From an uncultured delta proteobacterium (GTDB taxonomy: Bacteria > Desulfobacterota > Desulfobacteria > Desulfobacterales > Desulfatirhabdiaceae): a stretch of DNA of 64,000 nucleotides. The stretch lies in contig CAWBKP010000024.1 in the NCBI GenBank assembly GCA_963789395.1, positions 352,001-416,000 on the forward strand. The letters run 5' to 3'. The position numbers and the translations under genes are program-made. This document shows positions 30,948-41,731 of this stretch, piece after piece (position 1 is the first letter of the stretch; each line of letters begins with the position of its first letter). A model generated the notes under the pieces. It was not told where the DNA came from and made no database searches. It worked only from the letters and a program-made list of their open reading frames with translations.

Positions 30948-31751
30948 TGCAGCACCTGCCTTCGCTTTTATGGAATTTACCCCTGACGGATTTGAAACCG
31001 CGGCTTCAGGATTGTGTGGATCAGGCTCTGGATCAGGTTCTGGCTCAGGCCCGTCTTCCCTTGCCATTACGAGTATTTTTTCGCGCAGATGACATCGGTG
31101 TTCCCGGTAAACGATCTTTTTCGCCTACTCGATTTGTTTATTGACTGCCAGACACCGCTGTGTCTGGCAGTGGTGCCGTCCTGGCTCAACCGTCAGAGAT
31201 GGGAGATTTTCGAAAAAATAAGTCAAAAATCGCCTGAACTATGGTGCTGGCACCAGCATGGATGGCGGCATGTCACCCATGAAACACAGGGGAAAAAACA
31301 GGAATTCGGTCCGGTCAGATCCATCGGAGCGATCCAACAGGATATTGTCCGCGGCCGCGAAAAGCTCGAACTGTTGATGAGAGATCAGTTTACGCCCGTG
31401 TTTACCCCGCCCTGGAACCGATGTGACGGCAGAACCCTGGCGATAGTTAAAAACAATGGTTTCAAAGCGGTTTCACGGCATCGTTACAGCATGCCCAGAC
31501 CGCTGAAAGGGCTGCCGGATTTTGCTGTCAATGTCGATCTGCATACCCGCCGGGAAACTTCACCGGAAGCAGGATGGCAATCCCTTTGGAAAGAGCTTTC
31601 AACGGCAATTTTAAGCGGCACCTGTGGGGTCATGATCCATCATCAGCGAATGAACGAATCCGCCTTTGAATTTTTGAAGGTCCTGCTGGAAGTTATGACG
31701 CAGCATTCCCATATCCAGCTGACCCATTTCAAGAATATGCTGCATGCTTAA
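30947..31751 (+). CDS. Polysaccharide deacetylase-like protein (frameshift near 31110)
   Basis: FFRADD, LAVVP, HQHGWRH, FTPPWNR, MIHH. Confidence 0.8.
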
Positions 31752-32748
31752 GACCATTGTCATCACCTCTATTTATCCGCCAACGCAATCGGTGCGGGAA
31801 TGGACGGCCCTTACCGACTGGAATGTGGTGGTGGCTGGTGATAGAAAAACGCCTGCGGACTGGAACTGCCATCCGGCAACGTATCTGTCAGTAGCGGATC
31901 AGGAAAGTTCGCGCTTTCGAATCGCCGGAATGCTTCCCTGGAATCACTATGCCCGTAAACTCATGGGTTATCTGCACGCCATCGGGCAGGGGGCTGAAAT
32001 CATCCTGGATACGGATGACGACAATATGCCAAAGCCGGACTGGTTCATTCCCGAATTTTCCGGCGATTACCTGACTGCTCCTCCTGACATGGGTTTTGTG
32101 AATATTTACAGTTATTTTACGGATCAGCACATCTGGCCCAGAGGATTTCCCCTGAACCGGGTTTGTGATCCGGCTGTGCAGTTGGCTGACGGTGTCATGC
32201 GGATCGCTCCGGCTAGGGTCGGTATCTGGCAGGGACTGGCTGATGGAGACCCGGATGTGGATGCCATCTATCGCATGACCGTAAATCTTCCCTGTTATTT
32301 TGACTCCAAATGCCCGGTGGTACTGAATGCAGGAACCGTATCTCCCTGTAATTCTCAGAACACCGCCTTTATCAAACCGTTTTTTCCGCTGCTGTACCTG
32401 CCGGCATTGGTCAGCTTCCGCTCCACCGATATCTTCCGGGGACTGGTGGCTCAGCCGATTCTCTGGAGCGCTGGCTATTCCCTTGGATTTTGCGGGGCAA
32501 CCGTTGTTCAGAAGCGCAATGAACATCAGCATCTGTCTGATTTTGAATCTGAAATCCCCTGTTATCTTTATCCTGAAAAAATCGTGAATGTGGTTGAAGG
32601 GGCGGTGTCATCCCGTTTTTCCATTGATACCAATCTCGTTAATGCCTATGAAGGCTTGATTCGACACGACATGATCCCAAAATTCGAGATGGATCTCGTC
32701 TTGGCATGGGTTCAGGATATTCAACGCCTGACTGTATCGCTATCATGA
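31744..32748 (+). CDS. STELLO-like (DUF288) GT-A glycosyltransferase family protein
   Basis: VITSIYPPT, VVAGDRKTP, YARK..GYL.AI, DTDDDN, WPRGFP, QGLADGDPDVDAIYR, NSQNT. Confidence 0.8.
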   Translation: MLKTIVITSIYPPTQSVREWTALTDWNVVVAGDRKTPADWNCHPATYLSVADQESSRFRIAGMLPWNHYARKLMGYLHAIGQGAEIILDTDDDNMPKPDWFIPEFSGDYLTAPPDMGFVNIYSYFTDQHIWPRGFPLNRVCDPAVQLADGVMRIAPARVGIWQGLADGDPDVDAIYRMTVNLPCYFDSKCPVVLNAGTVSPCNSQNTAFIKPFFPLLYLPALVSFRSTDIFRGLVAQPILWSAGYSLGFCGATVVQKRNEHQHLSDFESEIPCYLYPEKIVNVVEGAVSSRFSIDTNLVNAYEGLIRHDMIPKFEMDLVLAWVQDIQRLTVSLS

Positions 32749-33672
32749 CGGATTGTTTTTCAGGCGCCATGGTGATTACGGATCTGGACGGAACCCTGCT
32801 GGGTTCAAACGGATCCATGACAAGGCAGGATCTGGATGCGCTTCTTTTTCTGGGTGACAAGGGAGTTGTCCGCGTGATTGCAACCGGCCGTAACCTGTAT
32901 TCCTTTCAGGCCGTTGCCGGCAACGATCTGCCGGTGGACTATGTCATTTTTTCAACCGGGTCAGGAGTCATCACTTTCCCGAATGGCCAGTTGATTCGAC
33001 AGGTTCACCTGGAGTTTGAGGCTGTTTTGTCGGCGGTACAGGTGTTAATGGAATTTGAGCTGGATTTCATGGTGCACCAGCCCATTCCGGACAATCACCG
33101 GTTTGTTTATTTTGGGACCGGCAGACCCAATCCGGATTTTCACAGGCGGCTTGCCCGTTACATCGACTTCTGTCAGCCCCTTGATAATACGTTTTCCAAT
33201 ATCGGATCTGCTTCACAGTTGCTTGCAGTGGTCAATCATGATAACAGTGCATCCGTCTTTGCAAGGATACAGTCGAAATTGACAGGTTACAGTGTGATTC
33301 GATCCACTTCGCCGTTGGACGGCAAATCCACCTGGATTGAGATTTTTGCCCCTGGCGTCAGTAAAAGCCGCGTGTGCCGCTTGGCTTGCCGATCGATTGA
33401 ATATTGACAAGCGACTTGTGCTGGCCGTTGGTAATGATTATAATGATCTGGATATGCTCGAATGGGCAGGAACCGCATATCTGGTCGACAATGCGCCGGA
33501 TATGCTGAAAAACCGGTTTGCCTCCGTGGCGTCCCATGACCATGGCGGGGTGTCGGAAGCGATTCACCTGTGGCTGGCAAATATTGCGATGACAGAAATG
33601 CGTATTTTTCCGACCGATGAGGATTCATGTCAGCAAAAAATGTCTGAAAGAAAAGCAAAAAGGAGGTTTAAC
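32745..33672 (+). CDS. Cof-type HAD phosphatase (frameshift near 33370; 3' end uncertain)
   Basis: TDLDGTL, ATGR, GVSK, AVGNDYNDLDML. Confidence 0.8.
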
Positions 33673-34959
33673 GTGACTGAACATCCCAGCAAGTTGTCAA
33701 AGGATTTTGAAATTGCCCTGAACGTGGGCAGACCGCCAAATATTGTTCAGCTTTTCCCCAATTCAAAGGCGCTGATTGTCAGTGGAAAATACATCGACAG
33801 GGCCATGCTGGCCAAAGGCAAAGCAATTTCAATGGCGGCAAACGGGAGAAGTATTTTTGTCATTCGCGGCGCGCTTGCCGCTGCCCAGCGGGCCAATTCT
33901 GTCATTATTATCGAGATTGCCAAATCTGAGGGAACGTATTGCGCTGTCAATTTCTGGAACATCGCCCGGCAGGTGGACGCGCTGTGCAATGAGATGGGCA
34001 TCACCGTTCCGGTTGCCATCCACGCGGATCATTACGGAATTAAATCCCAGAAAGATATTACGCAGGCCATGGTTGAAATCCCCACTGTTTTTGAGGCCGG
34101 TATCACTTCCATCGCTATTGATGCCTCTCACATGCCGGATGACCAGAATCTGATGGCCAATATTGCGCTCCATCCGTTTATTCCCGAGTGGGCCGGACTT
34201 GAAACCGAGGTGGGTGAAATCAAGGGGAAAACCGGCCTTTCCACAGTGGATGAGGCGCTGTTTCTCATTCAAGGCTTGAATGCGCATGACATCTTCCCGA
34301 ATTGGATTGCCCTGAACAATGGCACCACTCATGGCATCGAGGCCAGCGACCAGGGGATTCAGGTCGAACTGACCCAGAGCATCCATGAGGCGCTGTCGCC
34401 TTACTGCATTTCCGGTGCCCAGCACGGCACATCGGGGAACAGTTCGGATCGGCTCAGGGATATTGCCGCACTGACCCGAACCACCAAGGCCAACGTGGCC
34501 ACGGCCCTTCAGATGATTTCCTGGGGACTTGAAGTCAATGATTATGGCAACGCCATTCTGGACACGGATGGCAACTTCATCAAGGTTCCGGGGCAGGGCG
34601 TTACTGAAGAAATGTGGCAGGAAATGGTAGCATATGCAGATGCAAAGGGTCTGAAAAAAGGGGATTACAAAAAACTCAATCTTCCGTTTGAAAGTAAACT
34701 CCTCGCTCAGCCAAAAGAAATTCGCGACCGCATGTCCAAACGGGTGGAAGATTTTGTGTATCAGATGCTGACAACGGTATTTAACGCGGGCGACACAGCG
34801 CCGCTCGCCATAAAAGCCATTCTCGATGCAAAAACCTATGATCCGGGGCCAAAGGCCACACGGACGGAAGATCCTTCCGCCTGGACACCAGAAAAAATTG
34901 CTTCCCGTGTTTTAACGATTTCTACCGATAAGGGTGCGGCCGGCAATTTTGATGACTAA
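33673..34959 (+). CDS. fba: Class II fructose-bisphosphate aldolase
   Basis: IHADHY, IDASH, ETEVGEI, NNGTTHG, QHGTSG, KANVAT; AGGAGG precedes GTG at 33673. Confidence 0.88.
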   Translation: MTEHPSKLSKDFEIALNVGRPPNIVQLFPNSKALIVSGKYIDRAMLAKGKAISMAANGRSIFVIRGALAAAQRANSVIIIEIAKSEGTYCAVNFWNIARQVDALCNEMGITVPVAIHADHYGIKSQKDITQAMVEIPTVFEAGITSIAIDASHMPDDQNLMANIALHPFIPEWAGLETEVGEIKGKTGLSTVDEALFLIQGLNAHDIFPNWIALNNGTTHGIEASDQGIQVELTQSIHEALSPYCISGAQHGTSGNSSDRLRDIAALTRTTKANVATALQMISWGLEVNDYGNAILDTDGNFIKVPGQGVTEEMWQEMVAYADAKGLKKGDYKKLNLPFESKLLAQPKEIRDRMSKRVEDFVYQMLTTVFNAGDTAPLAIKAILDAKTYDPGPKATRTEDPSAWTPEKIASRVLTISTDKGAAGNFDD

Positions 34960-34966
34960 TAAAATA

Positions 34967-35043
34967 CGGGCGATTACCCGAAAGCCGCTTTTTTTGTGTG
35001 AGAAGAAAATTTTTGAGGGGCCGTAAAAGGGTCGGCCCCTTTC
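34967..35043 (+). terminator. Hairpins downstream of fba
   Basis: CGGG..CCCG followed by a T-run, and AGGGGCCG-n9-CGGCCCCT-TT. Confidence 0.4.
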
Positions 35044-35084
35044 CAAGATAAATTAGAGTTCTACATTCAATTCAGGAGACAGGC

Positions 35085-35414
35085 ATGTCTGAGAAACAGA
35101 GCATTCCCGATGAATTTCAAGGATCGATCAGGCGGCTATTGAACAAGGTTCCACCCGAGCAGCGCAATGACGAAACCCTTCACGCCGCCTTGCTGCTATA
35201 TGTGAAGCTGGGCGGAGAAAAACTGGCCCGCCATTACATTGAAACATCCAAAAAAGTATTTCCGGACCAGTTGGTTCTCATCAAAAGACAGTTTCGGGAC
35301 GGGGGTGACGAAGATGAAGATTCAGACGCGGATCAACCGGACGATGCTGAAAGAGATGGTGAGTTCGTTGCGGATGAGGACAAAAATGATGCAGATGGGG
35401 ATGATTTTGTCTGA
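35085..35414 (+). CDS. Hypothetical protein with acidic C-terminal tail
   Basis: AGGAG ribosome-binding site, 109-aa ORF, D/E-rich tail. Confidence 0.7.
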   Translation: MSEKQSIPDEFQGSIRRLLNKVPPEQRNDETLHAALLLYVKLGGEKLARHYIETSKKVFPDQLVLIKRQFRDGGDEDEDSDADQPDDAERDGEFVADEDKNDADGDDFV

Positions 35415-35457
35415 TAGCGGCCTCAGGCTTTTCCCGATGTTGACCAAGTCCGCCGAA

Positions 35458-36757
35458 TCACGACAGCCGTACCCTGACTGAGTGTGCATGTGCCCCGAGC
35501 CCTTCAATTTCCGCCAGCCGGATGATATCCGGTGCTTCCTTCCTGAAAGCCGCTTCTGAATAGTGAATCAAACTGGTTTTTTTGATAAAATGTTCCACCG
35601 AGAGCGCTGAAGAGAACCGCGCCGTTCCGGATGTGGGCAGTACATGATTGGGACCCGCGATATAGTCTCCAACGGGTTCGGGCGTATAATGCCCCATGAA
35701 AACAGCCCCGGCGTTTTGGATGCGTTCGATATGTTCCAGCGGGGAATTCATATGCAGCTCAAGATGCTCCGGGGCGATGGCATTGGAAAGATCGAATGCG
35801 CAAGCAATGTCTTTCACCACAAATATGGCGCCATAGTTTTTCAACGATGCCTCGGCGATATCCTGACGCGCCAAGCGCGTCATTTGTCTGCTTACAGCGG
35901 CAGTAACCAGTTTTGCCATTTTTCGTGACGGGGTAACCAGTATGGCGGACGCCATCGGGTCGTGTTCGGCCTGGGACAGCAGATCAGCTGCCGTGAATTC
36001 AGGGTTTGCGGATTCATCGGCAATCACCAGAATTTCACTGGGTCCGGCAACCATGTCTATGCCGACGGTGCCGGCAACCATTTTTTTGGCGATGGTCACA
36101 TAAATATTGCCAGGCCCCACAATCACATCGCATTTGGGAACCGTGCCGGTGCCATACGCCATTGCCGCAATTGCCCAGGCACTGCCGATCTTGTAAACCG
36201 CGTCAATTCCGACCCGCCTGGCCGCCACCAGAAGATGGGGATTGACAGTGCCATCCGGAGTGGATGGCGTCGTCATGGCAAGGGTGGATACGCCCGCGAT
36301 TCTGGCCGGAATGGCGCACATCAATACCGTTGAAACCAGAGGCGTCATCCCTGCTTTTCCGCCAGGCACATATATTCCCGCAGCATTCACGGGATTAACG
36401 ATCTGGCCAAGGAGCGTACCGGGTCTTGGGGTATCAATCCAGGATTTTCTGGTCTGTTTTTTGTGAAAAAATTCGATCTGGGATGCGGCGCGATCCAGGG
36501 ATTCCACGAATTCCGGGCTTACTTGAAGCGCGGCCTCTTCAAATTCCGGGATACCTAGCCTGAAGGGTCTCGACGTTCAGGCAGGGAGAATCAAATCGGT
36601 TTGCATAATTGATAAGCGCCGTATCGCCGTGTTTGCGCACATCGTCCAGAATGCGGGCGACAGCCCGCTGGTCTTTCCGGTTAAAAGACTGCACCCGGCC
36701 TGTAATGACCGCAAGCCTTTTTTCAGCTGATAAAGACGGATAGTCATGGATTTTCAT
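35458..36757 (-). CDS. hisD: Histidinol dehydrogenase (frameshift near 36530-36560)
   Basis: [51 protein letters not shown]. Confidence 0.95.
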
Positions 36758-36777
36758 GAAAACAATAAACCCTCGAT

Positions 36778-36990
36778 CGTAACTATTCAGGGATCAGAAT
36801 TCAGGATTTAGAATTCAGAATGGCCCGCATGTTAGCTTCGAGCAATGTGACGGCTTCTTCAATTGGATGAGATTGAAAAAACGGATTTGCTGTCCCGCAT
36901 TCTGCTCCTGAATACCTGTGTAGTTGCGTTATTTTGAAATTAGAATTTTGAATTTGTTTTGAATTTCGGATTTCGATATTCGAATTTTGA
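36778..36990. repeat. Degenerate inverted-repeat element plus heptamer-like tandem repeats
   Basis: CGTAACTATTCAGG..TTCAGGA..AGAAT versus ATTCT..TCCTGAA..CCTGTGTAGTTGCG; then TTTTGAA/TTTCGGA/TTTCGAT/ATTCGAA-like units. Confidence 0.45.
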
Positions 36991-37018
36991 CTGAAAGGAC
37001 TTTCCGTTCAGGTACTAC

Positions 37019-37869
37019 TTAAAATATTCTGTTGGTCTCAAAAACCATGTCTTTGGCAACGGCAAAACAGCTGATCGAGCTGCCTTGTTCTCTGAGTCTT
37101 CGGTTGCAGTCGGCAACAATCTCATCCATTTGCGAATCGGTTCGTTCCTGATTGATATGAAAGAGCCCCAGTCGCTTGACACCTGCCTGAACCGCAAGCT
37201 TTAGTACATCGGTATAAACCGAATGTCCCCATTCGATGGTAGTCCGATACTCATCAGGCGTATATTCGGCATCATGAATCAAAAGGTCTGCGCCTTCACA
37301 AAAATCCCTGTAAGCTTCAAACGGCAACCCCTCGGGATGAATATACCCCAGTTCGTTATCGGTCAGAAAAACAAATGTCTTGCCATTTTCAATAAATTTA
37401 TATCCGCTGCCGCTGTTGGGGTGACACATCGGAATAGGAATCACGGAAACCGAATCGATTTCAAATCGAGAAGGGCAGGCTTTCTCATATTCAATTTTTG
37501 CCTTGACATCCGCATATCGTATCGGGAAATTGGGAGGCGTCATGACTTTTGAAAGCATGGTCTCCACAAATGTCTTCTGAAACGGGCAGCGGTGCATGAG
37601 CAGTTCCGCGTCTTCGCAGTACAGGGGTTTAAAAAAGGGAACCCCATCAGATGATCCCAGTGCGCATGGGTAAAAATAAAATGGTATTTGCGGATATTTT
37701 CTTTCATCAGTTGGTTGCCCAGTCTGCGAATGCCTGTTCCGGCATCCACGATAATGATTTCGCCGCTCTCGGTTTGAATTTCCATACAGGTTGTATCGCC
37801 GCCGTATTTTAGATACTCTGCTCCGCAAACCGGGATAGAACCCCGTGATCCCCAGCATTTGATCCGCAT
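37019..37869 (-). CDS. MBL-fold metallo-hydrolase (frameshift near 37640)
   Basis: WGSRGSIP, YGGDTTC, DAGTG, THAHWDH, TDNE, LIHDAEY, WGHS. Confidence 0.88.
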
Positions 37870-37884
37870 ATCGCCACTGATTCC

Positions 37885-38714
37885 TTATCTGCCCCGATAT
37901 GTATACCAGATTCCGTCATGCACCCATTTATTTAAAATTTGACAGGCAGTTGCGTCAGTCTGTTTTCGATATCCGCAGCCTCACTGCGGAGCAGCCCGGA
38001 TAAAATGAACATGTTTTTTTTCAGAAAACCATCCGAGCAAACAAGCCGTTTCATCACATCATAATGAATATTGGCGATCAGGAGATCCGCCTGAATATCG
38101 ATAAATTCGTCAGCGCTTCCCTGAACCGCCAGGACTGACTGCTGCAACCGGTTCAGCCGAATATTTCTTTCCGCGGTCTTTGCGGCAAGCAGGTTCATAT
38201 CGACAGCCAAGGTAGCGGACATCCCAGCCGGGATGCAGCAACAGCCAGAATTCCGGTGCCCGTTCCAAGATCATGCGCCGAGCATACAGGCTGTAACTGA
38301 AAAGTCATCTCCAGGGCTTCAATGCTATCACGCGTTGTGGGGTGTGTGCCGGTTCCGAAAACCACTCCCGGATCAAGCGTGATTCGCAATTTGGATGGTG
38401 GTGCAATGGATGAATCCCAAGGCGGGGAAATAAAAAGACGATCCGTGCAAAATGGCGCAACCTTATCTCCCACCCAGTCATGGTAAGACATCTGATAGTG
38501 ATCGATAAACCGCATATACGGGGAACCGCGGAGCAGATCCTGAACCTGATCCAGGGCGGTTCGGAAAAAAACAGAAATGAAAATCCGTCTTCCTGCCAGT
38601 TGCCGATGAAATGTTTCAGCTCCGAGGGGTCTTCCTGCAGCGAGCCCTCGAGATAGTAGATGAAGAGCTCGCTGCATGGCGGTGAATATTCAATTTCAGC
38701 GGTGAAGGGACATG
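37885..38714 (-). CDS. PrmA-like SAM methyltransferase (several frameshifts)
   Basis: LDPGVVFGTGTHPTT, DLGTGTGILA, ANI, ILSG. Confidence 0.8.
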
Positions 38715-38723
38715 AATCCGGCG

Positions 38724-39416
38724 TTATTTAGGGTCTTTGGTTTCTGCCTTGGGAAGCTGATCCATATACCATTCCATGGGTTCCAGCAGGGTATATCCCG
38801 CAGCTTTCAGTTTCTTTTTGACATTGACTACATTATTGGTCAGCAGATACGGAAATACCGCGCGTTTGCCTTCTTCCCAGTACCTGGCAACCAGAACACT
38901 GCCGAAGGATACCTTTTCTTCGGTGATGATATCCACGATCTTTTTGAGTTGGCCGAGTTTTTCTTCAACCAAGATGCAGAGCAGCGTTCCGGGTGTCCCG
39001 ATTCCCAGAACGTTGACAAATGCCCGTAACAAATCCCGTACCGAAATAATGCCCATCAGCTTGTCTTTTTTATCCACCACCGGCAGTGCGCCGACAAGCG
39101 TCTTCTGGATCAGCAGCAGCGCATCCTGAATCGTATCCATTGGCGAAAGCGTAACCAGATTCTGCGACATGATTTCCTTGACTTTGATGGGCAGGGCGGC
39201 AGCCTTTTTCGTCCCGGTATCTTCTTTTTTATAAAAAGTTGAAGGAAGCGCACTGCGAAGGTCACGATCGGTTATCATCCCGATCAGCAGACCGTCGGGT
39301 TCAACAACTGGTATGTGGCGAATCTGATACTGTTCCATTAACTCTTTTGCCTCGAGAATATCGGCATCTTTATTGATGGTTACAACCTTCTGGGTCATTG
39401 ATCTACTGACAAACAT
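38724..39416 (-). CDS. CBS + ACT domain protein (AcuB-like)
   Basis: Two CBS repeats (IRHIPVV, GMITDRD; GALPVVD, GIISVRD) plus a C-terminal ACT-like domain. Confidence 0.88.
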   Translation of the reverse strand: MFVSRSMTQKVVTINKDADILEAKELMEQYQIRHIPVVEPDGLLIGMITDRDLRSALPSTFYKKEDTGTKKAAALPIKVKEIMSQNLVTLSPMDTIQDALLLIQKTLVGALPVVDKKDKLMGIISVRDLLRAFVNVLGIGTPGTLLCILVEEKLGQLKKIVDIITEEKVSFGSVLVARYWEEGKRAVFPYLLTNNVVNVKKKLKAAGYTLLEPMEWYMDQLPKAETKDPK

Positions 39417-39531
39417 AATGGCCTCCACTATGTAAAAAACGATATATTTGACATCTGAATCTCAGCGCCGATGAATGAAACAGCCTGAACCCGTTGAAAA
39501 CGACATGAAAAAAACGATTCACGGGTGAGGA

Positions 39532-40483
39532 TTATCCTTTCAATAAAAGTTCGATATGGTTATTTACCAGTTCCGGAAGTCGCTTGAGAGAATACCCGCC
39601 TTCAAGGATGGAAATGATTCTACCGCCTGAATGTTTGTTGGCGGTTTCAACCAGCCTTTCCATGATATAGGTAAATCCTTCCGATGAAAGACTGATGCCC
39701 GACATATCATCATCCGCATGGGCATCAAAGCCTGCGGAGATCAGGAGGACTTCCGGAGCAAACTCGTCAAAGAGCGGCATAAAATCATCATCTATGACCG
39801 ATTTGTATTCCTCGTCACCCTGTCCCGGTAACACCGGATAGTTTCGGGTAAAGCCCGTTCCTTCGGCAGATCCTTTTTCAAAGGCCCGTCCGGTGCCCGG
39901 AAAGGCAAAAGAAGGATGCTCATGGACGGAGTAATAGAAAACAGAGGAGTCAGTTTCAAAAATATTCTGGGTCCCGTTTCCGTGATGGACATCGAAATCC
40001 ATGATACCTACCCGTTTGATTCCCCACTGGCTCTGGATGTATCGGGCCGCAATCGGCAATATTGTTGAAATAGCAGAATCCCATTGCCCGGTCTATCTCT
40101 GCATGATGTCCAGGGGGTCTGACCGCACAGAAAGCATTATCCAGTTCGCCGTCCATAACCATCCTTGCAGCTTCCAGGATACCGCCGACCGCCAGTCTGG
40201 CGATGTCATACGTTTGATAACATAACTGATTGTCCTCACATTCAAAAGAACTCTTGCCGGAATGGCAGACGGATTGGAATCGTTCGATATAAGCCTTGTC
40301 GTGCACCGATTCTATCCATTTCATTTCCGCCTTGGTACCTTCTATCCGGACCAGTTTGGAAAGCAGACCGGATTTCTCTAATCCTCTATAAATAACGGAG
40401 AGGCGATCAGGAGCTTCTGGATGATAGGGCCCCGTGTCATGCAACAGGTACCTGTCGTCATATAAAAAGCCTGTCTTTTTCAT
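39532..40483 (-). CDS. Histone deacetylase family protein (AcuC-like; frameshift near 40060)
   Basis: HPEAPDRL, RPPGHHA, GFCYFNN, DFDVHHGNGTQ, SAGFDAH, LEGGY. Confidence 0.92.
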
Positions 40484-40511
40484 ATTAATCCCTATAAAGA
40501 CCGAATTGGAT

Positions 40512-40650
40512 GATGGACTTGTAAAAAGCCTAAAATCTCCGCTTTATCTGAGCAAGCGGCAGGGAAAGTGAAACGATCGTGCTTTATATCTGAATGAAAA
40601 CCCGGTAATTCCTTTCTGGGGATACGCATTAGGCTTTTGACAAATGGATC
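40512..40650. repeat. Approx. 140-bp REP/MITE-like element
   Basis: Ends TTGTAAAAAGCCTAA and TTAGGCTTTTGACAA form an inverted repeat with one mismatch. Confidence 0.55.
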
Positions 40651-41398
40651 ATGTGATGATGGCGTCAAATATCCCATAGGCGGCTTGAATTGCGGCATTG
40701 CCTGCTGGAATGGCTACAGTCGGTTGACCGTTCAAGTCGTACGAATAAATATCCGCGTTGTCCGGAATGGTTCCGGCAAGTTCAATTCCGGCGTCCTGAA
40801 CAATCCGGGTAATTTCCGGCGAGAGCTCGTCCTTGACCTGATTGATGATCAGATAGCTTTTTGAAACGCCGATCCGAAGTTCTCTTGCCAGTTGATCAAT
40901 GCGAATCGCGGAAAGAATGCTGCGCCGGGAAGTGTCCGATACCATCAGCAGCACGTCCACATTTCGTGTCGTCAGCCTGCTGATATGTTCCATGCCGGCT
41001 TCATTATCCATGACAATATACGGATAATTGTGAATGAGTTTGTCCAGGAAGGCGATTAACAGCGAGTTGGCTGCGCAATAGCATCCGGAGCCTTCCGGTT
41101 GCCCCATGACAATCAAATCGTAGCCTTTGGCCTCAACAACGGCCTGTTGCAGCTTCATGGACATGAACACATCTTTTGTCATGCCGCCGGGAACAACTCC
41201 TTTTTTCATTTCCTCCCGGGCATTGCTCAGGGTATCGCACAATTCAAGTCCCAGCACTTCGTTTAAATTGGCGTTGCTGTCGGCATCCACGGCCAGAACC
41301 GGTGATTTGCCCTTATCCACCAAATACTTGATGAGCATTCCTGCTATGGTTGTCTTTCCGGTTCCTCCCTTTCCGGCCAATGCGATAGAATACGGCAT
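40649..41398 (-). CDS. cooC: CooC/AcsF-type nickel-insertion ATPase
   Basis: AGKGGTGKTT, DADSNANL, GSGCYC, DNEAGMEHISR. Confidence 0.88.
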   Translation of the reverse strand: MPYSIALAGKGGTGKTTIAGMLIKYLVDKGKSPVLAVDADSNANLNEVLGLELCDTLSNAREEMKKGVVPGGMTKDVFMSMKLQQAVVEAKGYDLIVMGQPEGSGCYCAANSLLIAFLDKLIHNYPYIVMDNEAGMEHISRLTTRNVDVLLMVSDTSRRSILSAIRIDQLARELRIGVSKSYLIINQVKDELSPEITRIVQDAGIELAGTIPDNADIYSYDLNGQPTVAIPAGNAAIQAAYGIFDAIIT

Positions 41399-41731
41399 GC
41401 GATAAAAATCCTTTCCGAATGAATGGTTGGGTGTAATGTGAATGACCATATCCCTTAAGGTACTTATCGCCAACAGTCAAGTAACTTTTTTTACACTCCC
41501 GTGTCAACAAACAGCGCTAAGTCACCGAATGCCAGTGGCAGGTCGTACTGAAGCAAATCCCTTGCAATGGCATTTTGTCTATGCTAAATCCTGAACGTTC
41601 ACTCGGATTTAGCGAATGCTTATTTTAAAACAGATGTGAACATTACCGGCATTTTCATTGACGCCGTTATTTTTAATCTTTGTTCAGGCGATTGCCAGGA
41701 TTCATCAAACCGTAAGAAATGGAGGATAAAA

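Noticed and set aside
31000..31060. GGATCAGG(C/T)TCT tandem repeat
   Set aside because: Only a short coding repeat (DQALDQVLAQ) inside the deacetylase gene
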